Assembly: GCA_963708075.1 (NCBI GenBank)
Contig: OY970194.1
Location: 1,344,001 to 1,408,000, forward strand
Origin: Sedimentisphaerales bacterium
Lineage (GTDB): Bacteria > Planctomycetota > Phycisphaerae > Sedimentisphaerales > Anaerobacaceae
Reading direction: 5' to 3'
DNA: 64,000 bases
The notes below the pieces were generated by a model. It was given only the letters and a program-made list of their open reading frames with translations, made no database searches and had not been told where the DNA came from. Below, in pieces: positions 31,178 to 40,035 of this stretch (the stretch's first letter is position 1; each line of letters begins with the position of its first letter). The position numbers and the translations under genes are program-made.

Positions 31178-32185
31178 GTGACGACCAGAGAGCGTGTTCT
31201 AACCGCGTTGAGGCATCAACAGCCCGATGCTGTCCCGTACGACGTCCGATTCACGCTGCCTGCGCATGCCAGGATGATGAGGTATTACAGCGACGGACAC
31301 TTCGAGTCCAAGCTGGGTAACTGCTTCACGTGGTTGCGGCCGCACCCGCCCGAGGCTCGGTTCACCAAGGTGGCCCCCGACATCTACCAGGACGAGTTCG
31401 GCGTGCAGTGGGATCGGCATATCGACAAGGACATCGGTGTCGTCTGCAACCGCCTCGTGACGCCGGAGAATGTGACGACCTTCGAGTTCCCGGATCCCAA
31501 CGATCCTTCGCGATATGGGTCGTTCGATGGCACCATCGCGTCCCGCCCGGATACGGCCGTCCTCGTCAGCCTGGGCTTCTCGCTCTTCGAGCGGGCCTGG
31601 ACCCTGGCGGGCATGGAGAACGTCCTGATGGCCATGGCGACGGACAAGCCGTTCGTGCACACCCTGCTCGACCGCATCCTTGAATTTAACCTGGCGATCA
31701 TCGAGAACGCCTGCTCGCACGGTGTGGATATCTTTCGGTTCGGGGATGATTGGGGCCACCAGCGGGGCGTGCTGATGGGGCCGCAGTTGTGGCGCGAGTT
31801 CATCAAGCCCCGGTTCCAGCAGATGTGCCGGCTCGTCAAATCCAAGGGCAAATTCACGATGCTCCACTGTTGCGGCAAGGTCGATGAGCTCTTCCCGGAC
31901 TTTATCGAATGCGGCCTCGATATCTTCAATCCCTTCCAGCCCGAGGTGATGGACGTCTTTGAGATCAAGCGGCGGTATGGCAACGATCTGACGTTCTACG
32001 GCGGCATCAGCATCCAGCGGACCCTGCCGTTTGGAACCGTGCAGCAGGTCAAGAATGAGGTCCGAAAGCTGATCGACGTTGTCGGCGCCGGCGGCGGCTA
32101 CATCGCCTCACCCTCCCACGATATTCCCCGTGATGCCAAACCCAGGAATATCGCCGCGATGATCGAGGTTCTGCAGAACCAATGA
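31178..32185 (+). CDS. Uroporphyrinogen decarboxylase family (MtaA/CmuA-like methyltransferase)
   Basis: 'DEFGVQW', 'GDDWG', 'LHCCG', 'GGYIASPSH'. Confidence 0.9.
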   Translation: MTTRERVLTALRHQQPDAVPYDVRFTLPAHARMMRYYSDGHFESKLGNCFTWLRPHPPEARFTKVAPDIYQDEFGVQWDRHIDKDIGVVCNRLVTPENVTTFEFPDPNDPSRYGSFDGTIASRPDTAVLVSLGFSLFERAWTLAGMENVLMAMATDKPFVHTLLDRILEFNLAIIENACSHGVDIFRFGDDWGHQRGVLMGPQLWREFIKPRFQQMCRLVKSKGKFTMLHCCGKVDELFPDFIECGLDIFNPFQPEVMDVFEIKRRYGNDLTFYGGISIQRTLPFGTVQQVKNEVRKLIDVVGAGGGYIASPSHDIPRDAKPRNIAAMIEVLQNQ

Positions 32186-32254
32186 TTGCCCTGCGGTGTA
32201 GAGTGGAGGGCTATATAAGGTTGCCTCAACGTAATGCTGAGGTTATCCTCCATA

Positions 32255-32326
32255 TGTCACCCCCGCGCAGGCGAAGGTCCATGAACGCCGATATGGTTCT
32301 GGATTCCCGCCTTCGCGGGAATGACA
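32255..32326. repeat. REP-like palindrome of the GTCATTCCCGCGAAGGCGGGAATCCAG family
   Basis: TGTCACCCCCGCGCAGGCG...CTGGATTCCCGCCTTCGCGGGAATGACA inverted arms. Confidence 0.75.
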
Positions 32327-32401
32327 TGGCAGAGCGCTGCTCGAACGGACAAGTGGTTGCAGAGTGGACCTTGCCCGCTCCTGTCAAGGCGACAAACATG
32401 A

Positions 32402-32493
32402 GTGGCAGCGGCAAGCGGAGTCTTTGGAGCTTACTGATGGCGTTGACACAGATCCCACGAGCCATCGGCAAGCTGCGCTTGCCGCTGCCACCC
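32402..32493. repeat. GGGTGGCAGCGGCAAGC REP-like doublet, copy 1
   Basis: Inverted arms; related copies at 34357, 48307, 54304. Confidence 0.8.
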
Positions 32494-32620
32494 ATCATAA
32501 GTCTTGAACGTATGACGGCCTACACCCACCTTGACAGCGGTGGGTGAGCAGGCTTCATCCTGCACGCTCAGAATGGCCCACTCTTGTTCAGACTTCTGTG
32601 GACAATAACGGTGTGAAACA

Positions 32621-33385
32621 ATGTCGATGATAAGCAAGACCGATATCAACGTCCTTCCTGGGAATGCGAAGCGGCTGCAGTTGATCACGTGCAAGGTGCT
32701 GCAGCGCGAGGCGTACTTCTGCGCCGCCCGGAGCCCGAATGTGGTGGATATCGTGCTGATGGAGCAGGGATTGCACAATGAGCCGGACCGGCTTCGGAGG
32801 GAAGTGCAAAAGGCGCTGGAGCGAACGCACGATATCCAGGGCCGACCCTATGATGCCTCGCTCCTCGGCTACGGCCTGTGCAGCAATGGCGTGGTCGGGC
32901 TCAGTGCCGCGATTCCCATCGTCATTCCCCGAGGGCACGACTGCATCACGGTCCTGCTCGGCTCCAAGGAACGTTACCAGGAATATTTCGAGTCGTATCG
33001 CGGCGCGTACTGGTACAGCCCCGGCTGGATCGAGTCGGGAAAGCAGCCCAGCAAAGAACGCTACGAGATGTTGCTCGAAGAGTACATACAGAAGTATGGC
33101 GAGGATAACGCCAGGTACCTGATGGAGGTTGAGCAGACCTGGATCAAGGAGTACAAGTGGGCGATCTTCGTGGACTGGGGCCTGATCGAGGCGGACGCAT
33201 ACAAGGACTTCACGAGGCAGTGTGCCGCGTTTCTGAACTGGAGCTATGAGGAGCTCAAAGGCGACTCCGGTCTGATGCAGCGGTTTGTGGACGGCCCGTG
33301 GAGCCAGGAGGAGTTTCTCATTGTTGAGCCCGGCCAACACATCGCCGAGGATGTCACCAGCAGGGGGATCATCAAGGCCGAATGA
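32621..33385 (+). CDS. DUF1638 domain protein
   Basis: 'ITCKVL', 'GLHNEP', 'GYGLCSNG', 'HDCITVLLGS', 'SPGW'. Confidence 0.85.
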   Translation: MSMISKTDINVLPGNAKRLQLITCKVLQREAYFCAARSPNVVDIVLMEQGLHNEPDRLRREVQKALERTHDIQGRPYDASLLGYGLCSNGVVGLSAAIPIVIPRGHDCITVLLGSKERYQEYFESYRGAYWYSPGWIESGKQPSKERYEMLLEEYIQKYGEDNARYLMEVEQTWIKEYKWAIFVDWGLIEADAYKDFTRQCAAFLNWSYEELKGDSGLMQRFVDGPWSQEEFLIVEPGQHIAEDVTSRGIIKAE

Positions 33386-34464
33386 TACCTATGTTGCTGC
33401 GAGAAGAAGTCTCCCTGCTGCTATTTGGGCTCTTGATCCTGGCGATTTCCGGCTCGGAGGTCATCCTGCTGATCAGTTACATCCTGGTCAGGATTCGCCG
33501 CGGATCGTGGAAGGGTATCCGGCTCACGAAGTTCGACATTGCCCTGCACACGCTGGCCGCCACGGGCATCCTCTGCCTGCTCTATGGGCACTTCGTAGAA
33601 CCGTACTGGATCGATGTGAATGCAATGACGATTCGCACGGCCAAGCTCAGGACCGCCGGTTTTCGCATCGTCCAGATCTCCGATCTTCATTGCGACGAGA
33701 CGCCCCGCAACGAGGAGCGAGCTGTCCGGATCATCAATCAGCTCAAGCCCGATGTGATTGTACTCACGGGCGACTGCCTCAATCGTGCCTCCGCGCTGCC
33801 TCGTCTGCAGGAGATGCTTCGCGCACTTGACGCGCCGCTCGGGAAGCTCGCCGTGAAAGGCAATTTTGAGATCGGTCATTGGCCTCACCTCGATCTCCTT
33901 GCGAATACCGGCTTTCGCTGGCTGGAGCAGGATACGGTCACGATGGAGAAAGGGGGCGAGGCGATCCGCATCTTTGGGCTGAGTCTCGATCGCCCCCAGG
34001 CGAGCCGGGACCTGCTTCAAGGGGCCGTCAGGGATCACTTCAGCATCTTTCTGTTCCATACGCCCGACTTGATCGAGGACATTCGCGGCCTGGGCGTCGA
34101 TCTTTACCTGTGCGGCCACACGCACGGCGGGCAGGTGACCCTGCCTGGGTACGGGGCCTTGATCACGCTCTCGAAGTTCGGCAAGAAATATGAGTCCGGC
34201 CGGTATGAATCCGATGGTACAATACTCTACGTCAATCGTGGTCTCGGCCTGGAGCCCAAGCCTGCCCCGCAGGTGCGTTTCTTCGCCAGACCCGAAATCG
34301 CCGTCTTCGATATCGTGCCGGAGCAGCACGCACCGGTGTTGAGTCGCGCAAGTCCCGGGTGGCAGCGGCAAGCGCAGCTTGCCGATGGTTTGTGCATATC
34401 CGCCATCGGCAAAGCCCTCGGCCTTGCTGATGCCACCTGCCAATGTAGGAGGATAGACCCGTAG
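33382..34464 (+). CDS. Metallophosphoesterase (YkuE-like); C-terminus extended through a repeat
   Basis: 'SDLH', 'TGD', 'GNFE', 'GHTHGGQ', 'VNRGLG'. Confidence 0.9.
   Translation: MIPMLLREEVSLLLFGLLILAISGSEVILLISYILVRIRRGSWKGIRLTKFDIALHTLAATGILCLLYGHFVEPYWIDVNAMTIRTAKLRTAGFRIVQISDLHCDETPRNEERAVRIINQLKPDVIVLTGDCLNRASALPRLQEMLRALDAPLGKLAVKGNFEIGHWPHLDLLANTGFRWLEQDTVTMEKGGEAIRIFGLSLDRPQASRDLLQGAVRDHFSIFLFHTPDLIEDIRGLGVDLYLCGHTHGGQVTLPGYGALITLSKFGKKYESGRYESDGTILYVNRGLGLEPKPAPQVRFFARPEIAVFDIVPEQHAPVLSRASPGWQRQAQLADGLCISAIGKALGLADATCQCRRIDP
34357..34437. repeat. GGGTGGCAGCGGCAAGC REP-like doublet, copy 2 (inside a CDS)
   Basis: GGGTGGCAGCGGCAAGCGCAGCTTGCCGATGG...TGCCACC. Confidence 0.8.
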
Positions 34465-35025
34465 ATGCAGCTTCTGATGATTCTATTCATAGCTGTTGGC
34501 CTGTCGATGGACGCCTTCGCCGTCTCCGTCGTGGCGGGCAGCGTATACCGCGAGCTGAAAGTCCGGCACGCCTTGCGCATGGCGTTGTTCTTCGGCGGCT
34601 TCCAGGCGGTCATGCCAATCGTCGGCTTCCTGGCCGGGCAGAGCCTCAGGGAATACATCTCCGCGTACGACCATTGGATCGCCTTCGGCCTGCTGCTGTT
34701 CGTCGGAGGCAAGATGATCTACGAGTCACTCCGGATCGAAGCGGCGGAGAAGAACCTTGACCCATCCAACCTCCTGGTCCTGTTGACTCTGTCCGTGGCG
34801 ACGAGCATCGACGCGCTGGCCATCGGGATTACCCTCTCGATGCTGATAGCCGGCATCATCGCGGCCGCCGCCATCATCGGCCTGGTCACGTTCACCCTGT
34901 CCTATGTCGGTATTCTCATCGGCAAACGCTTCGGCCACTTCTTCGAGAGCAGGATCGAAATCGTCGGCGGTGTGATCCTCATCGCCATCGGCCTCAAGAT
35001 CCTCATCCAGCACCTCACGGCATGA
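34465..35025 (+). CDS. mntP: Manganese efflux pump MntP family
   Basis: 'GLSMDAFAVS', 'ATSIDALAIG', 'EIVGGVILIAIG'. Confidence 0.92.
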   Translation: MQLLMILFIAVGLSMDAFAVSVVAGSVYRELKVRHALRMALFFGGFQAVMPIVGFLAGQSLREYISAYDHWIAFGLLLFVGGKMIYESLRIEAAEKNLDPSNLLVLLTLSVATSIDALAIGITLSMLIAGIIAAAAIIGLVTFTLSYVGILIGKRFGHFFESRIEIVGGVILIAIGLKILIQHLTA

Positions 35026-35145
35026 GCTTCTTCATGCATTGGCAGGATGTATCATAAAAAACAAACTCCTCTTGATGTCCATTCGGGAACAGCTATAATG
35101 TGCACCCGTGAAGAAGGGAATGTTTGCTTCCTATAAGGAGATGAG

Positions 35146-36252
35146 TTGGCATCGAGAGTGTATTTCATCCAGGCATCGGTGGGTGAGGGAGAGCAGGCGA
35201 TCTCGGCCAAAGCGCGGGCACTGTTCAAAGCCGGGGGGTTCAATGCCTGCTTCAAGAAGAACGACTTTACCGCCGTCAAGGTCCACGTCGGCGAGGATAT
35301 CAACACCACCTATATCAAGGCCCCGTGTCTTCAGGGGCTTGTCGATGAGCTGCTGACGCTCGAGACCAAGCCATTCATCACCGACACCAGCACCCTGTAC
35401 ACCGGCCGCAGGCACAATGCCATCGATCACACGATCCTTGCCGCCGAGCGGGGCTTCAGTGTGGAGGGGCTGGGCATACCGTTCATTGCCCCGGATGGAC
35501 TGTTCGGGACCGCCGAGACTGCCGTGCGAATCGATGGGGAGTTGGACCAGGAAGTGTTTATCGCATCCGACATCGTTCGCTGCCAGTCGATCCTGTCGGT
35601 GGCCCACTTCACGGGCCATTGCGCCACCTGTGCCGGGGCGACCCTCAAAACGCTCGGCATGGGCTGCGCCAGTCGCAAGGGCAAGATGCGCCAGCACTCG
35701 GCCCTGAAACCCCATGTCAAGCAGGGCAAGTGCGCTCGGTGCGGCGAATGCCACAGCCACTGTCCCGCCGATGCGATCACCCTGGACGAGGTCCAGGCCC
35801 ACATCGATCAGGACAAGTGCATCGGCTGTGCCGAGTGTGTGGCCGTGTGCCGGTTCGATGCCGTGGAGTACGACTGGAAACAGGAGAACGAGGTCCTGCA
35901 GAAAAGCGTGGCGGAGCATGCCCTGGGCGTCCTGAAAGGCAAGCAGGGGCGGGCCGCCTTCTTCAATTTCGTTATATCGATTACAAAAGATTGTGATTGC
36001 TTTGACAAAGCCAATATGCCTACAATAGTGCAGGATATCGGCATTCTCGCATCGACGGATCCGGTGGCTGTCGATAAGGCGGCCATCGATAGGGTGGAGG
36101 CCAATGGCGGCAAGAGGCTCGGCCGGTTGATCGGCAACGGGAAACTCGACTGGCGATCGCAGATCGAGCATGCGGTGAAGATCGGCCTGGGCTGTGCCGA
36201 CTATGAGATCATAGACGTGAGTCAGGACCAGCAGAAAAAGTTGGGAAGATAG
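35146..36252 (+). CDS. DUF362 domain protein with two 4Fe-4S motifs
   Basis: 'VKVHVGE', 'CARCGECHSHCP', 'CIGCAECVAVC', 'DPVAVD'; AAGGAG RBS before TTG. Confidence 0.9.
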   Translation: MASRVYFIQASVGEGEQAISAKARALFKAGGFNACFKKNDFTAVKVHVGEDINTTYIKAPCLQGLVDELLTLETKPFITDTSTLYTGRRHNAIDHTILAAERGFSVEGLGIPFIAPDGLFGTAETAVRIDGELDQEVFIASDIVRCQSILSVAHFTGHCATCAGATLKTLGMGCASRKGKMRQHSALKPHVKQGKCARCGECHSHCPADAITLDEVQAHIDQDKCIGCAECVAVCRFDAVEYDWKQENEVLQKSVAEHALGVLKGKQGRAAFFNFVISITKDCDCFDKANMPTIVQDIGILASTDPVAVDKAAIDRVEANGGKRLGRLIGNGKLDWRSQIEHAVKIGLGCADYEIIDVSQDQQKKLGR

Positions 36253-36271
36253 TGCAGAGGTGCGAATTCCT

Positions 36272-37047
36272 ATGTCTCTCGGACAAATCATCAGAAACAG
36301 GCGTGAGGAGTTGAAACTGACCCTCGATGAAGTCAGCCGGCGGGTGAGCTTTTCCAAGCCATACTTGTCCACAATCGAGACGGGCAAGGTGAAGAATCCT
36401 CCGGGCGATGAGTTGTTGACCCGGCTCGAGCAGGTGCTCAAGTTCGAGACCGGCCTGCTGCTGCATATGGCCCATGTCGAGCGGATGCCCTCGGACATCC
36501 GGGCGCCTACGAGGCCAAAGAGGCCGAGAACCAGAAGCTGCGCCAGTATGTCAAGAAACACATGGGAAAAGGGAAGAAGAAGAACGACCTCAACGCGATC
36601 CTGGCGAAGACGAGCCTGAACGTGGAGGACGGCAAATCCGCCCTGGCCGCCGGGCGGCTCGTCCCGATCATCAATCGCGTGACGGCCGGTTATCCCACCG
36701 ACTTCAACGATCTCGACTACCCGGTCGGAGTCGCCGAGGATTACGTGCGATGCCCCGACCTGCACGATCCGAACGCCTTTGCCGTGCGCGTGATCGGTGA
36801 TTCGATGGAGCCGCGGTTCCACGAGGGGGACATCGTGGTGTTCTCGCCCGCGGCCGACGTCCGCAACGGCGACGACTGCTTCATCCGCTTCACCCAGCCG
36901 CACGAGACGACCTTCAAGCGGGTCTTCTTCGAGGCGGACAAAAAGATTCGCCTGCAGCCGCGGAACGACCAGTACTCACCGACGATCATAGACGGCAAGC
37001 GCATCGACGGCATCTACCGCGCCATCAGCCGCTACGAAAAGCTCTGA
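36272..37047 (+). CDS. XRE HTH plus S24 peptidase (LexA/CI-like) regulator; 1-nt frameshift near 36502
   Basis: 'SKPYLSTIETGK' HTH; 'VTAG' cleavage site, 'GDSMEP', 'TFKR'. Confidence 0.85.
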
Positions 37048-37247
37048 TCGCTGTCGCAAGGAATGAACGCACATATAGTGCATGGCACGAGCGTCCTCGC
37101 CCGAAGATGTCGTCGTTGGGTACGCCCCCTGTCCAAAGTGTGCACAGACCGCATGAGTCCTGACTCTGCTTTCTGCTTCTCGCTGTGCGATCGCGGTTGG
37201 AGATAGCATGGACGAGCAGCGATGTGGTTATACAGGGAGGTTTCGTC

Positions 37248-37550
37248 ATGAGCGTAGCTACGAAAACGGGTGATCAGGGGCGAACCGATCTGTACATTGG
37301 CCGACGGGTCTGGAAAGACCACCCTCGCGTCGAGGTCTTTGGCAGCCTGGATGAGCTTGGCGCGTTTCTCGGATTGGCCAGGAGTCTGCTCAAAGATAAG
37401 GAGGTGAGCGGGCTCATTGAGACGATTCAGCGCGAGCTGTTCATCATCGGGGCCGAGGTTGGCGTGACGCCTCGCAACATCCGCAAGCTGGCCTACGAGC
37501 AGGTTCCTTCCCGGCGGCGCAGTTCCCTTGCCCGAAAAAGAGAAAGCTGA
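37248..37550 (+). pseudogene. Truncated PduO-type cob(I)alamin adenosyltransferase
   Basis: 'TKTGDQGRT', 'FGSLDEL', 'IQRELF'; stops after 100 aa, before the C-terminal RRAER/NRLSD motifs. Confidence 0.75.
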
Positions 37551-37557
37551 TGATCCT

Positions 37558-38334
37558 TCATAGTGCCTTTTGGCCCGCGACGGCGAGGACGAGGGCGTAG
37601 ACTTTGTTTGCACCGGCGGCTTTGAGGGTTCGGGCGCATTCATTCAGTGTCGCGCCGGTGGTTTTGATGTCGTCGACGAGGCAGATGGTCTTGACCGCGA
37701 AGGGGTGGTCCTCCCGCACGGCAAATGCGCCGGCGACATTTCTGACGCGGGCGGGGGCTGTGGTGGCGACGGGCTGGGCCCGGGTGCGACGGATGCGGAC
37801 CAGGTCGGTGCTGATTCGAGCCCGCGGGTGTTTGAGACGCTTGGCGATCAGGTGGGATTGGTTATAGCCTCGAAGCAACCGGCGGGTCCAGTGCAGTGGG
37901 ACGGGGACGAGCAAATCGATGTCACTATAGAAGTTGCTGCCCTGCAAAGCGGCGTCGGCCAGCGGGGTGAGCACATAGGCAAGCTCCGTCCGGTCGTGCT
38001 TGAAGGCCAGGATCATCTGCTGCAGCGCCTCCGAGTAGACGCCCGCGCGGGCGATCCCGTCGAAATGGATTTCCTGTTCCCGGCAGGCGGCACAGGCGCC
38101 GGCCACCAGGCCATACTTGCTGGCGTCCCGGCCGCAACGCGGACAGTAATCGCCGGCGGTACACGTCAGCAGTTGACTCCAGCATCGAGCGCACAGGTCT
38201 TCATTTGCCTCCATGATCCTGCCGCCACAATTGGCGCACACGGCCGGCCACAGAAGGTGATTCAAACCCTGCCAGGCCAGAGTCGTCACACGCTTCGCTC
38301 GCCGGACCGCATTGTGGAGCTTAGATGCCTCCAT
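37558..38334 (-). CDS. comF: ComF family protein (double zinc ribbon plus PRTase)
   Basis: Four CxxC, 'VPLH..RGYNQS', 'LVDDIKTTGATL'. Confidence 0.92.
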   Translation of the reverse strand: MEASKLHNAVRRAKRVTTLAWQGLNHLLWPAVCANCGGRIMEANEDLCARCWSQLLTCTAGDYCPRCGRDASKYGLVAGACAACREQEIHFDGIARAGVYSEALQQMILAFKHDRTELAYVLTPLADAALQGSNFYSDIDLLVPVPLHWTRRLLRGYNQSHLIAKRLKHPRARISTDLVRIRRTRAQPVATTAPARVRNVAGAFAVREDHPFAVKTICLVDDIKTTGATLNECARTLKAAGANKVYALVLAVAGQKAL

Positions 38335-39100
38335 GGCGGCTATTATACTCCGGCGGGACCGAACCGGTCAAAGGGCTTGCCGGATCCCGCTGCGGTTGCT
38401 GCAATGACGGCATCTCGGAAATCGGTGCGTTCCTGGGAATCAGATCAATATACATGAAGCGATTGTCACGCTTGATCGTCAATCCGGCAGTAAATGGAAC
38501 GGCCCCACGGAAAATGGGTCCGTCATAGACGAAGGAGTGAAACTCGCCTCGCTCGCCGCATGGATCCACGCCGGCCGGCAGATCGGCCAGGAACGCGGGA
38601 TCGTAGTCCCGGCCGGCAAACGCAGGATTCAATGCCTCCAGATCAACGCAAGTAATGACAGCCTTGAAGCCGGTCTCAATGAATATCCTCGCCAAGACCT
38701 CGGTGTTTCTCTGCCACAGCGGGAAAACCGCCTGCATGTTCACCCGGGACAGGCTCGTTTCTCTATATTGCCTGACGTCCTCCAGGAAGAGATCTCCGAA
38801 AACCACCGCCTCAATGCCCTGTTGGCGGCAGCAGGTCAAGTAGCCGCGCATTTTCGCGTCGTATCCTTCCTGGGATTCCTTCGCGGCAAGATAGATCTTG
38901 TCGATGGGCAATCCCAGTTCCGCCGCCTGTCGTTCAATGAGTGCGGTTCGCACGCCGTGCATACACACGCGGTCGTAATCCTGTGACACAGTCGTCAGAA
39001 GTCTCTCGATGGAGTACACGCCGGTGCGACGGATTTCATGAAGAGCCATCGCACTATCTTTTCCGCCGCTCCACGCCAGTATTGCCTTAGTCGCCATCAT
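38321..39100 (-). CDS. Diphthine-ammonia ligase-like PP-loop ATPase (MJ0570/Dph6 family)
   Basis: 'WSGGKDS', 'FGDLFLED', 'DPCGERGEFHSFVYDGPIF'. Confidence 0.9.
   Translation of the reverse strand: MMATKAILAWSGGKDSAMALHEIRRTGVYSIERLLTTVSQDYDRVCMHGVRTALIERQAAELGLPIDKIYLAAKESQEGYDAKMRGYLTCCRQQGIEAVVFGDLFLEDVRQYRETSLSRVNMQAVFPLWQRNTEVLARIFIETGFKAVITCVDLEALNPAFAGRDYDPAFLADLPAGVDPCGERGEFHSFVYDGPIFRGAVPFTAGLTIKRDNRFMYIDLIPRNAPISEMPSLQQPQRDPASPLTGSVPPEYNSRHGGI
38342..38371 (-). promoter_or_regulatory. sigma70-type promoter immediately upstream of comF
   Basis: TTGACC-N18-TATAAT, 7 nt before the ATG. Confidence 0.6.
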
Positions 39101-39195
39101 CCGGTCTCTTACAGCAGGTCCAGTCATGCGTTAGTTCGGCATCCAATGCCGCGTTTGTTCCGACGTCATTACGGGTCAAGCGCGTCGCCTCATGT

Positions 39196-40035
39196 CTATG
39201 GCTCGACGCTGCCCCACTCCACGTAGTCCGGGACATAGTGCGGTGCATTGGACGTGCCGGCCGAGCCTGTTCTCGCGAGCTTGTGCACATACTGGGCCTC
39301 CGAGATCAGGGTCCCGCAGTGTCCGTCTGCAAACGCCGCGGCGGCTCGGTCGAGGTGCCGAAAACACGTCGTCGGACTGCTGTTCTTTCGCCAGGTCTTC
39401 CCGTTGAACAGGTAGGGCGGGTCGAGCATGGCCGTGTTGCTGACGTTCAGGCGTTTGCCGGTGAGGTCCCAGCTCAGGAGCGTGTCGGCAAATGTGAGCA
39501 CCTGGTCGGGCCCCTGGATCGAGCAGACCTTCTGCCAGGGCCGAAATCCGATTCCCGACCAGCCGCTATGCGAGGGGCTGAGGAAATACCCGTTATACCC
39601 GTACGTGCTGGTGATCCACTTGGGATCATCCGGCTCGCTGAAGGGTCTGCCCTGAAGGCCATAGGTCCCGTACGCCTGGGCAGGGCATTCATAGACGCCC
39701 TGTGCCCGAAGCTCGCCGGCCAGATACGGCCACATCAGTCCCGCCGTGTGATCCACACCATCCGAATTCAACCGGCCCCACCAGAAGGTCCGCGCATTGA
39801 TGCAGGTGGGCAGGGCGTAGTCATCATGGTCATGCGCGTAGGTATGGAAAGCCAAGCCAAGCTGCCGGACACGGCTCATGCATGTCACGGATTTGGCCTG
39901 GCTTCGCGCCCTGCCCAGGCTCGGCACCAGCACGGACATCAGCAGGGCGACCACGCTGATGGAGACGAGCACCTCCACCAGCGAGAAGGCCGCCCTGCAA
40001 TGAATTGTCGTGAATGGTTTCTTCGTCGGACTCAT
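39196..40035 (-). CDS. Prepilin-type N-terminal cleavage/methylation protein with H-X9-DG motif (DUF1559-like)
   Basis: 'AFSLVEVLVSISVVALLMSVLVPSLGRAR', 'RHLDRAAAAFADGH'. Confidence 0.9.
   Translation of the reverse strand: MSPTKKPFTTIHCRAAFSLVEVLVSISVVALLMSVLVPSLGRARSQAKSVTCMSRVRQLGLAFHTYAHDHDDYALPTCINARTFWWGRLNSDGVDHTAGLMWPYLAGELRAQGVYECPAQAYGTYGLQGRPFSEPDDPKWITSTYGYNGYFLSPSHSGWSGIGFRPWQKVCSIQGPDQVLTFADTLLSWDLTGKRLNVSNTAMLDPPYLFNGKTWRKNSSPTTCFRHLDRAAAAFADGHCGTLISEAQYVHKLARTGSAGTSNAPHYVPDYVEWGSVEP

Noticed and set aside
32182..32547. 121-aa ORF after the URO-D gene
   Set aside because: Translation of two repeat elements ('LDSRLRGND', 'SGSGKR')
35131..36903. 590-aa minus-strand ORF
   Set aside because: Antisense shadow of the DUF362 and XRE genes, no recognisable motifs
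36260..37047. Prophage
   Set aside because: No integrase, structural or replication phage genes nearby
37558..40035. Competence locus (comF plus prepilin)
   Set aside because: The prepilin is the planctomycete H-X9-DG type under a B12 riboswitch, and comF has its own promoter
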